A DNA stretch of 64,000 bases. Source: Selaginella moellendorffii (taxonomy: Eukaryota; Plantae; Lycopodiophyta). Positions 43,184-54,465 of this stretch are shown here, piece by piece. Where the stretch lies: the NCBI RefSeq assembly GCF_000143415.4, contig NW_003314269.1, forward strand, positions 1,371,544 to 1,435,543, given 5' to 3'. Every line of letters starts with the position of its first letter. The first letter of the stretch is position 1. The notes beneath the pieces were generated by a model. That model did not search any database and had not been told where the DNA came from. It saw only the letters and a program-made list of their open reading frames with translations. The position numbers were made by a program, and so were the translations under genes.

Positions 43184-46100
43184 GCTTTAGAAATTGATGG
43201 CTGCTATGTAAAATCTTGTTTTTGATTTTATTATATTGATTTTCACATTATCCTTCACAATCTATTACTACTAAGACATGGAGATTAACACACATTATTG
43301 TGGCATCAAAATTTTCTTGTAAATAAGACAACCTATACAAAGTAATCACATGGCTTAGCTTTTTTAGGTAGGGCTGGCCTAATTTATAGATAATATGTAC
43401 AGGGAATCTACTCAATAAAATTGCTAAATTCCTAGATGAGCAACACACAATGGATAAAATATTACATTTTATATTAAAATTTAAGCACATTTGAAATTAA
43501 TTTATTGTTAAGGGGTGTGAGTGCTTGGAATATGTAAAGGGAATACAAAAAATGTGCATATCAATTAGCCCAAAAACTTTAGCTTATATACAGGAATGAG
43601 TGGTCCGGATTGAAACCAATCCAACGGCTACCAAAATCCCACTACACTAATATTAATATACAGCATCATAACTATACACTTGGCCCTCACATCATTCCCT
43701 CCTTTCGGAATAATGAAAGACTATCAGGGTTCTCTTGTAGATGGGTTGGGATCTAGAGGAACATCAGAAGGAGGCATTAGCGGATCTGTAGATGGTATTA
43801 TCTACTCTTGATCCCTTTATATAAAGCATTTCAAGATTGGCTTGTTAGACATGCCGAACCTCATAAACTTGTGGTCCAACTTGCTGCAACACCCGATACG
43901 ATCCTTTCCACTGAGTAAGGAGCCTTTTAGATAAACTACATACTGTAAGATGGGGAAAACGGATTAACACTAAGTCATCCACTTTGTATTTCGCAAGTGG
44001 ATGATGATGGGAGTTGTAATGCTGTTGTTGTCCCAGTTGTATGCAACCTAAGTGTTCAGCAGACTCTAGTTAGACAAATGGAAGAATGCTTGTTAAATAC
44101 TAATCCCACAACCTAGCATTGGCAGCTCATGGCAATTGCGAAAGTAAACCCAACTCCATTGGTAATATTGGATCATGACCATATAGGAGTTTATATGGTG
44201 AAGCACTAACAAAACTCTACACCCCTATGACATATGTATACCGAAGAAATGGCAAATAACAATCTCAATCCGAATGCTAAAAGTTCATATACTTCGCAAT
44301 CATCCCTTTGAACATTTGAACAAGCCGTTCCATTAAATCGTTTGATTGTGGATGATAAGCACTCGTGAAAGTGTGACGTATCCCCAACCGAGACATCAAA
44401 ACATGAAATGCCTCGGCCATAAATGTGGGACCATTATCCGAAAGAATCTGCTTCGAACAAGAATGTTGAAACACCACTTGATTGAGGAGAAAATATCCAA
44501 CAACAATTGTAAAGGCACTAACAAGAGCACCAACTTCCACCGAACGAGTCAAATAGTCAGAAGCAATAATAATATACTCATTGTTAGTAATCGATTATGG
44601 AAAAGGTCTCATAAGATTAAATGCCATCAACTCAAATGGATGAGAAATTGCAATTGACTCCAACTGTCTTTCTGTAGCATGAGGGGGAGTACTACAAGTT
44701 TGGCACCAAACACAACTACACACATACCAGATAACATCACGTCGCATTTCCGGCCAATAGAAAGACCTGTGCAGCTTCTCGGTCACATGATGATGTCCCA
44801 TATGCCCGCCTAGAACAGGAGAATTATGGTAGGCATAGAGAAACCATGGAATAAAGATAGAAGGCACCACCAGTTGTAAATGATCATCAGGATCCGTCCC
44901 CACAAAATAAAGAAGGCCATTTTCAAGGTGATACTGAGAATGTAAATGCCGGAATGGCAAGTAATTAGCAAGTGATACAAGATTCTCAAACCCATCTTGA
45001 AGCCTTCGTATCCATAGCTCAAGTTTTTGAGCCTTGCAAACCTCATCAAAAGAAGATAGATTCTACTCTACACCTTGTAGACACTGAACATCGAGTACAG
45101 CAACCGCTGATAGCACATAATCCTCATCTAGAAAATCCACAAATGCTGGAATAACAGACTTGTTAGAAATATGAGAAGAGAGTGGAGAAGGAAGAGGAGC
45201 TCAAGAAAGGGCATTAGCATCAGCCATAGAACTCCAAGGGTGATGAACAACATCAAAATCATATATCTAAAGTTTCAAAGCCCACCGAGCAGTACGATTA
45301 ACCAGGTTCTTTTGGTTCAATAATAAAGTAACGGTAGCATGATCATCTTCAAGTAATGTTCAAGAACCATGTAAATATGTATGAAGTTTCTTGAAACCCC
45401 AAATTGCTGCTAAACACTCTTTCTTTGTCGTGGAGTAATTTACCTTTACTGGTTGTAACGTACGGCTTATATATGCAATGGGATGACATTGACTAGGCAC
45501 ATTCAGGCTTTTCTTGCATCAACACACCTCCAAGACCAATATCAGAAGCATCCACGTGTAAAATAAAAAGTCGAGTGTAATTAGGATATGCCAAAACCGG
45601 AGGAGTTATCAATAACTCTTTGAGATCCACAAACGCCCACTCACAATCTGGAGACCAAATGAAAGATGACGTTGATGACTTCAACAACTATTGCATCGAA
45701 GCAGTGCGATCAGAAAGATAATCCACAAAATGATCGAGATACTGCACCTTGCCCAGGAAGCGCTGTACATCATTCACACACTTCAGAATAGAGAACTTTA
45801 GAACAACTACAAGTTTGTTAAAATCAACTTGCAAACCCTCACGAGAAATATAGTACCCAAGATAAGTTGTGTCTTTAGACTCAAACACGCACTTCAACCA
45901 CTTCAACTTTAAATCAATGTCTTGTAGCCGATCCAACACTTTACAAACATCACGAATATGCTCCTCCTATGTCCTTTCCAAGTGAATCAAAACATCATTA
46001 ATGAAGTTAATAGTCACCTCTAGCATATCATAAAAAACTTCATCTATCATCCATTGAAAAGTTGCTAGAGCATTATTTAAACCAAATAGCATCACTAAGA

Positions 46101-47674
46101 ACTCGTACAAACCAAACGGTGTACGAAAAGAAATTTTAGGAATATCTTCTTCGGCCATCAGTACTTGTCAGTACCCAGAAGCAAGATCTAACTTGGTGAA
46201 CCAACAACTTCACTCTAGACGATCCAAGAAATCAGCAGTGTGAAGAAGAGGGTACACATTCAAGATCATCACTTCTTTTAACGGATAATAGCCGATGCAG
46301 AAACGAATACTCCCATCAGGCTTTGTCACAAGATGAGGTTCACATGCCCAAAGACTCCGTGACTTTCGAATAACACCATTTTCCAACATCTCTTTGACGT
46401 TTACATGTAAAATTTTGATCTCTTTAGGTGACCGACAATAAATAAAAACCTTGATTGGACACGCATCCCCGGTTGGAATAGGATGATGTATGGTAATCTT
46501 GGCCCTAGACAATAGGTCAAATTCAAAGAGATTAGAATATTTCTTCATGAGCCAGTCAATTGCTACCACCCGAAACCCACCGAAAAACCCTATCTTCCCA
46601 GCCAAACACAAAGATTGTTGGAAGGATTGGAAAAGGGAAGAGCAAAGCAAGATGGAAATATAGAAGGAAGGAGTGGGAGGACAAAAGTAATGGAAGTAGA
46701 GGTAGAAGTAAAGAGATGAAGAAGTACTGAAGTGAGAGGAATGGATGAAATATAAGGTAGGATGAGATAAGGGGGAGAAGCCTCAAAGTCACACTTGGCA
46801 TGATTGCGCTACAACTAATCCATACCAAGGATGAGGTCAAAAGCTTGATTTGGCACCACCTGTAATGACTGCAACCCAAACTTGAGATTGCCCACACGCA
46901 CAACCAAGTTCACCTCATCTCGTGCACATGCATGTGTACAGTTATTGCCATAAAGAATAAAAACTGGCTCCGCCACACAACACAAGTGTAAACGGCAACG
47001 TGTGGCAACAAGTTGAGCAATAAAAGATAAGCTCAAACTTGTATCAACCAACACGGAGAGAATAATAGGAGACTTTTTATTATAAAAACGAGCTTGAAAA
47101 GTAAACATTGGATTAACCAATGCCAAGTGAACCCTTTGATGATACTCCTGAAAGAGAGATGGAAGGGTCACTTATTTATTCGTGCAAGGTCCCTCCATTA
47201 CTTGCGCGACTCCTTGTTTCCCGGATGCATCTTGGTGTCCAGACCTTCTACTGTAGTGGCACCAACAGGATGTTGTTGACGCCAAGGTCTCCACCTAGGA
47301 AATGGAGGTCACCAATTTGGAAAATGCCGACAACGTTGATAAGTGTGACTAACTTCATCATATGCCCAACAACGAACATCATGGCCACAATCACATCTTC
47401 ACCTTTAGCCTTGGACTTGAGCAACAGCAACATCAACCTCCATTGGAATAGGACCATTGCCCACAGGGAGTGGAGCGGAAGGACGTGTAGCAAGAAGTGG
47501 AAGAGGTGACATCTCATAACGTTGTGTCAGGCGAAGAGCGTTGTGTCAGGCGAAGAGCGTTGTCAAGGGTGGTTGGAGCAGGTATATGCACAAGTTTAAC
47601 AAGATCTTCACGAAAGTGTTGGCCACAACATTTCTAGTTTGATCCGCCCTAACATATTGTAAGCTTCTGAGTTT

Positions 47675-47730
47675 GGACTTCCTGGGAGGTCACCCAGCCC
47701 AGTACTATTCAAACCCAAGGACGCTTAACT
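47675..47730 (-). promoter_or_regulatory. 5S rRNA-like internal Pol III promoter region (A box, IE, C box) in the TRIM 3' LTR
   Basis: AGTTAAGCGTCCTTGGGTTTGAATAGTACTGGGCTGGGTGACCTCCCAGGAAGTCC aligns with the plant 5S rRNA core AGTTAAGCGTGCTTGGGCGAGAGTAGTACTAGGATGGGTGACCTCCTGGGAAGTCC (consensus from memory). Confidence 0.88.
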
Positions 47731-48190
47731 CCAACTATCCCAAGACCCTTAACCGATTGGAAAAGGGGGTGCACTCTTGTTCATGGGCCCTTTCCCTCTA
47801 TATTTGAACCCCATGGATCGTCTCTCAAGTCGTTCCCTTTGGTTGCTTACAATTCACCACGCTTCCCTGCAAGTTGGAAAAGGGGGTGCACTCTTGTTCA
47901 TGGGCCCTTTCCCTCTATATTTGAACCCCATGGATCGTCTCTCAAGTCGTTCCCTTTGGTTGCTTACAATTCACCACGCTTCCCTGCAAGTTCACGCCCT
48001 CGTGAACGGAAGCTGAGAGCCGCAGCTCTCCCAAGAGCCCCGCTCTCTTGACACCCTACCCCTCGGGTCGAGCCCAGCGGGAACAAACTGGACCAGCCAG
48101 ATGTCAATCAACATGTGGTGTGATTCCCTTAGCCAACCAATAGAGTCGGACCCGAGACCTCTCTGATACCAAATGTAAGCTTCTGAGTTT

Positions 48191-48246
48191 GGACTTCCTG
48201 GGAGGTCACCCAACCCAGTACTATTCAAACCCAAGGACGCTTAACT
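48191..48246 (-). promoter_or_regulatory. 5S rRNA-like internal Pol III promoter region in the TRIM 5' LTR
   Basis: Same sequence as 47675-47730, with C box GGTTGGGTG instead of GGCTGGGTG. Confidence 0.88.
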
Positions 48247-50206
48247 CCAACTATCCCAAGACCCTTAACCGATTGGAAAAGGGGGTGCACTCTTGTTCAT
48301 GGGCCCTTTCCCTCTATATTTGAACCCCATGGATCGTCTCTCAAGTCGTTCCCTTTGGTTGCTTACACATATTTGACTCCACACGAAGCAAGAGGCTTCG
48401 GAAACGAATGCCAAATTGCATCATCGACTTAGATGGCCTTTAACAAAGACGATGCAATTGCTAGAAGGCATCATCACAATCATCGGCATGTCCGAATGCA
48501 CATTTGAAGACATCCAGGAGAACACTCCAATCCCCACGAGTGGCTGCGTTCAAACCATTGTACCACTACAGTGCTGTCCCTTGGAGACACGTGAGAAACT
48601 CATGCAAACGTCAAGTATCATCCCAAAAATGATATGTGGCAATCACCGTGAAGTGATTAAACTAATAGTACACATCATCCCCAAGATTCCCACGAAAGAA
48701 CTCCGGCCGAATGCGAAAATTGTCACCAAAAGCAGGAGGAGCTGTACCACATGCCATATCAACTGAGTTTGGTTGTTCAATAGCAATCATATGGCATCAA
48801 GCAATTGCACAAACTGTTGCTCTAGAGTAAGAGGAGGACACTATTACTCTACCATGAAAATGAATAAAAAGGAAAGAGCAAAAGAAGGGAAATAAGAAAG
48901 AACTAGAAAGAAAGGGAGATCTAGACAATGGAAAAGTTAGATCTAAATTGGAATCCTGAGAGGGAAGAACAAAAGAAAGGGAATGGAAAATGATTGATCG
49001 AGACGATGCAAAAGCTAGATCTAAACCAAAATCTTAAATCTAAACATTCCTCAAAGACAAGAAAAGGTGCTTCTCATCTCCACCAATGTGAGTGCTTGAA
49101 ATATGAAAAGGGAATACAAAAAATGTGCATATCAATTAGCCCAAAAACCCTAGTTTATATATATGAGCGAGTGGTCCAGATTGAAACCAATCCAACAATT
49201 ACCAAAATCCCACTATGCTAATATTAATATACAGCATCTTAGCCATACACTTCGGCCTCACAAGGGTAATAATAGATATACCTAAAATATTTGAGGATAT
49301 TCGAGGATATTCTACCATTTAAAAGTTGTTAGCCATTTAGATGATTCTTATAGTTATAATTTATTAAACACATCATAATGGTAATAATATTCATCTTAAA
49401 TACAAATATATTTATAATTATAAGCATTCAATGGATCAAATGGAATAATAAATAATAAACAGCATTTATTAAGTAAAAAAAGTGTTGCTGCATGCAACAA
49501 GGAGAATATTTTCTAATTCAGTGAGTAATAAAATAAAATTTAGTTATATAAGTTTTTAGTTTGCTATAAATATTAGACTTTAAAAAAAGTTTAAATAATT
49601 AAGAAATTACATAATTGGAACATTTTTACTACAAGATTTTTTATATAAATTTTGGATTTTCGGTAGTTTAATCACAAATATAACCATCAGTAATAATTTG
49701 TTTATAAGAAACTGTAGGGTTAATTATAATATACAAAAATATAAATTGTATTTATGTTTAGAAATTACAAACTTAAATTTAAAATACTAGTTATTTTCAG
49801 TTTTTTTAGCAAGTTTACCTTTTCAATTATTTTTAGCAACATTATAACCATAAATAAAATTACTTAAATTATCAAAGAAATATTAGATGTACTGTTTTAT
49901 GTTATATTTAACTTTTCTGAAATGGAACTAAGTTTTACTGTCATATATATATATATATTCTCATTAAAAATTAAGGCACAAATCAAAGTAAATTTATTTT
50001 TCGGTTTTTATTCTAAACTATAATGCTATAAAATTAATTTTTTTAAAATAAAATAGTTAAATAATGATAGTGGAAATGTTTTATTAAAATTTTATTAATA
50101 AAATATATTTATCAATAATATAAATAATATGTTTTATATATATATAACATATTTTCAAGATAAAATTATATATATATATGATATCTATCTATCTATCTAT
50201 ATATAA

Positions 50207-50208
<2 letters not shown>

Positions 50209-50274
<66 letters not shown>
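50209..50274. repeat. (TA)n microsatellite, ~33 units
   Basis: Perfect TA run preceded by (TATC)n. Confidence 0.97.
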
Positions 50275-50280
<6 letters not shown>

Positions 50281-53200
50281 GAATATAATATATTCTAAAT
50301 ATATCATCATAATATACTTTTGAGTAAGGTATATTCCTATCCAAGAAAAATTCAAATGAACTAATAGGTTTTTTAAAACTTCTAATATATGATAGCAAGT
50401 TTTAAAATACTAACATCCTTTTATTTACGTTTTCATCTTTAGTTTTGGTTGTGACCTTGGATCAATTTAGTGATTAATTGTTAAAGATAACGTCTTGCCA
50501 AAACACCAAGATTAAATTGGACATACTAAAATTTATAAAAAAGGGATTGGATCAATATATATTTTAAATAGTCACTAATTGATGGAAATCAAATTTGTTC
50601 CAATACTATATGTAGTGTGATTTATTTCTTTCCCTTTAAAATAACTATACTTGAGAAAAAAAAACTTTTAATGGCTATTTTACTCTGATTTATCCCTTAA
50701 GGTTCTCAAGATTTGTGGTGATAGTTTATTCAAATTTTATGCCATGGTTATATGCATTGTAAAACTACTAATGCTACTCCATTAGATCAAGCTTTTAGTG
50801 CAATGGGCATAATCATACTAGTGTTGTACCCATCTTTAATGATTTCAAACTTCCATGGGACGTAATTATATAGCTTCTCTTATTCTTAATGTCTTGTTAT
50901 CATTTACTAATGTGTAGTATGATTATAACATTAATTGGAGACATATAAATGATGCAATTTAGTTCTTGAGGAATATTTAAAGATCAAGTTTATGGGAAAA
51001 TAATATGTATAAGTTTAAGTGGATTTTAAATTTTGATAAAGAGTTTAATTACTATGAAGATAGCTTTAGAGACAAAATGAAGATTTTGAGGGGTAAGTGT
51101 CAATCTTTCAAATTGCCATTTACTATTTTCTTTTTACCTTTTACTCTTTTTCAACATTTTTTATATTTCTTAGTTTAAACCACTTTGTAGTGTTTTTTTT
51201 CTCATCTCTAGTATTTCCTTCTTTTAGCACTTTAACTTATATAATTTTTATTTTCATAATAAATGTTTTATATCTTCCTTATACAAATTTAGATGCTGAG
51301 TATGTGTGTGAAGTTAAAAATTTTGCTTTTGTTTCATTAATGGAGTTTTTGATCAGTTTTGGTATTCAATATTCTTTTGTTCTAAGGGTTAAGTCACTTT
51401 TGGTAGAATTTCAAGTTAAATACATATCTCCAATGGTAAATGCCATTAAAATCCTTTATTTTACCATTATTGTTAAGGATTTTATATATTGTCTTGAAAG
51501 TGTGGATATTTTTATTAATTTTCTCATATCAAATATTGAGTTGTGTGTTAAGGAGGTTAAACGGTGTGAATCTTTTAATTATATTATGGTGGCTGAAATA
51601 TTTATTAATAGGAAGTTTCTTTTTTTCCAAGCGTTAAGCACATTTTTCTCTTTTTCTTTTCCCATTTCTACCTTGATAATTGTTAAAAATTCCTTTACTA
51701 ATGCTTTTTTCTTCACTTTTTCTTCTTTCACAATATTTTTTTCTTAATTTTTCTCATGATCTTTTTATTTTTCTTGATATTTTAAACTTTTTTTTCTTTG
51801 GAGGAGGGGGTAAAGGGGATAAATGGGAGTACAACCATGATAATGAAATGAGGACAAATGAATATAATAGTGGAATGAAGGTAAATGGTATAAATTATGG
51901 AGTGAGAACAAGTATAGTAAGTTTAAATAGAATATTTTGCTTTGACGTAGGAAAGTAAAATGAATGCAATTGTGAAGTGAGGCTAAACATTGATGGCAGA
52001 ATGAAAATAAATATAATAAATCTAAATGAAGTTAATAAAAAAAAAATTCTTTCAAAAAAGGGACAAGGAGGATGTAAAGGACTAATAGAGTGAGTCCAAC
52101 CTTTTATATATGGTGTTAGATAAAGATAAAGGTCTTAAATGTTAATTGACAAAAAATCACAAATGCAAGTTTTCCTCATGGTCATGAGTAGTTTTGGAAG
52201 ATGGCCAAAGGGCAAATTTAGATATGAAATGTTTTATTTGTTATAATAACGCTTTATGAACTGTAATAGCTCTTAAATTCCCTTGTTTTAATTCAAAATG
52301 ATAACTTTAAAGTTAATTTGAGCATTTGGTAACTACATATAAAGTTGCAGTTGGTTTATCAGGATTTTGTAATTGATTAATGCTTGTACTATGGATTTAG
52401 GTTTTATTTCAATTATTGTTGTTAACAACTACATTAGTAGTTTTATAAAGGAAACTCTTCTACCTTAAACTTTATAATTTTCCAGTTCTTGTTATTGTTT
52501 ATAATTACCTAACAGAAGCTCCAAATATTTTACATGATTTATTGTTATCACTTTTTCATCTTCTAGAGGGAAGGTTTGTAAATACATACATATATTACCC
52601 TACCTAGATAATATAATAATTATAGTCCTATACCATATAAACTGTTTATTTAGAACTGAGTCTGATCCATACATTCTTATATATAAAGAAGGGTTTAAAC
52701 CTCTGAGCACTCTTATTAGTATTTAGTAAATTACATATACATTGAGAAACTTTAAATATTGATAGTAAATATTTTATAATATTAATTAATTAATTATTCT
52801 CCTGTAATTACAGTATATTCTCTTTCAATTTTTCCCCAGTTTTGGAGTTGGTAATTCTATCTTTCTAAGTTTAACTTCCTTGTTGCCCTTCCTCTTGCAA
52901 ACACATGCACAATGGAAACCACAACAACAATTAATGCAGTTAGCCAACCTAGGGCTCCTTGGGGCTAATAGTACTAGTGGTCCATCCAAAAAGCTGGGTA
53001 CCATCTTCCACATGCTAGGTAACAAGAAAAGAGACGCTCAGCCTTACGAGCACAGCGCTCTTTCAGGCTGGCCGCTGCCATGCATTCCATGTGGTAGTTA
53101 AGATTTAAGTGCCATAATTATGTTAGCAAATTAATCCCGTTGGCCGACTGATTAGTTTGCTGGCATCCAGCTAACCAACGTTTCTATGATTGAATGCATT

Positions 53201-54465
53201 TCGAATGATTCCCCTGCGCTCTAGGATCACATGCTCGTTTGGTGGGGACGATTCACGATCAAAGCGTTTGTATAATTCTACGCATGCGCGCGTACTTGAA
53301 ATTGAGTGGACATATCCACTGGATTCTTGTTAGTTTCTCCGTGAAATCCCGGCTGGAATGAAAAGAAAAGGAAGAAATCCAGGCTAGAATGCATCCTGAC
53401 AAAATGGGGGTTAAACAGCGACGAACGCACAGAGCTCTCTCAATCCCTGCTCACAAAGGGAGAGGGATATCCGTTTTAAGTTCCTGGTCTTTTTGGACGC
53501 ATACATGCATGTCTGCTACAATTTGCTCCTTCCATCCAGCACACCACCTTTAAGGAGCCCCAAAGTGACCTTCTAACCCCCAAAAGGTGGCGGGCAATGA
53601 AGGGTTGGCATTTTCATCATAATTCCATGTTCTTTCTTTTTCTTTTCCTCCTCGTGGTACAAGGTTTCTAATATTTATTTGAGGTACCTTTCGCCCTTAT
53701 TCACGTTTGCATGTGCCACTGTACCAAGGAAAACAAAAAGACATGGTGGCCCTCCCTGGCTGTAGCGCATTTCTGGAAACGAATCGATCCAAGGCTTTGA
53801 TATTAATCATATCCTCAACCAGGCAAAATTTCCAGATTGATACGAGCCCATAAAAATGGCCATCGTTTTCACTGCCATTTGGCCAACCCTTTTGGCTGTG
53901 CTGCATTCCATTGCTTGCATCCCTCCAGCCCATCTTCCAGTTCTTCAAATTGGGCCACCAACCGACCACATGGCCCATGGTAAATGGTGGCCATTCGTAC
54001 GGACGTGAATTCACCGCAGGTAACGGCGGTTAATACTGTAGAACTAGTTTGTCTCGAATCACCGCGGTTAAGGCGGGAGAAGGAAGGGCTCTGTTTTGAA
54101 AAGCTTTAGGGGATTGATGTTAGGCTTGTTTAGCCATGGCGGAGGAGGCTAGCGCTGCGGCGGCGAGCTCCCGGCTGTGGCGGCGATGGCCTCCTCGCCT
54201 TCCCGCGATTCTCTTCCTCGAGGGCCGTGCTCAGGGATGCTTCACCGCGCTCCGGATTTGCTGATCGATTGATGCTTCCTGGATTTTTAGCTCTTTCTTG
54301 GATTTGTAGGAGAATGCAGTGGCCGCATTTGCGCTAGCTCCCAGCTCCTCTCGGAAATCGCGCTGTGCGGGAATCTTGGTATGTCGCTTTGCTGCTCGCA
54401 TGCGAAAAATTTTTATTTCTCAATCTGGCCCTTTCTGTGTCTGGTAGAAAGGTGAGGGATTTGTC

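Larger units (their letters stand above)
47658..48367 (-). mobile_element. Cassandra-type TRIM (non-autonomous LTR element with 5S rRNA-derived LTR core)
   Basis: 194-bp LTRs at 47658-47851 and 48174-48367 (1 mismatch), TGTAAGC...GCTTACA termini, 5-bp TSD CATAT, iMet PBS TGGTATCAGAG (48161-48171), PPT-like GGGAAGCGTGGTGAAT, non-coding interior. Confidence 0.93.
43516..49262 (-). mobile_element. Decayed full-length copy of the same Gypsy family, carrying a nested TRIM
   Basis: 176-bp LTRs at 43516-43691 and 49087-49262 (~20 differences by eye). Fragmented pol/gag colinear with 23652-28048. Flanks GGGG/AGGG fit a mutated 4-bp TSD. Confidence 0.95.

Noticed and set aside
47675-47730. Possible genuine 5S rRNA gene
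   Set aside because: Only the ~56-nt internal part is 5S-like, the 5' and 3' ends are missing, and it sits inside LTRs with a TSD.
51097-51747. 216-aa F/I/L-rich ORF resembling a membrane protein
   Set aside because: GTG start in a T-rich tract; more likely the antisense of a decayed A-rich TE-like frame. I could not assign a family.
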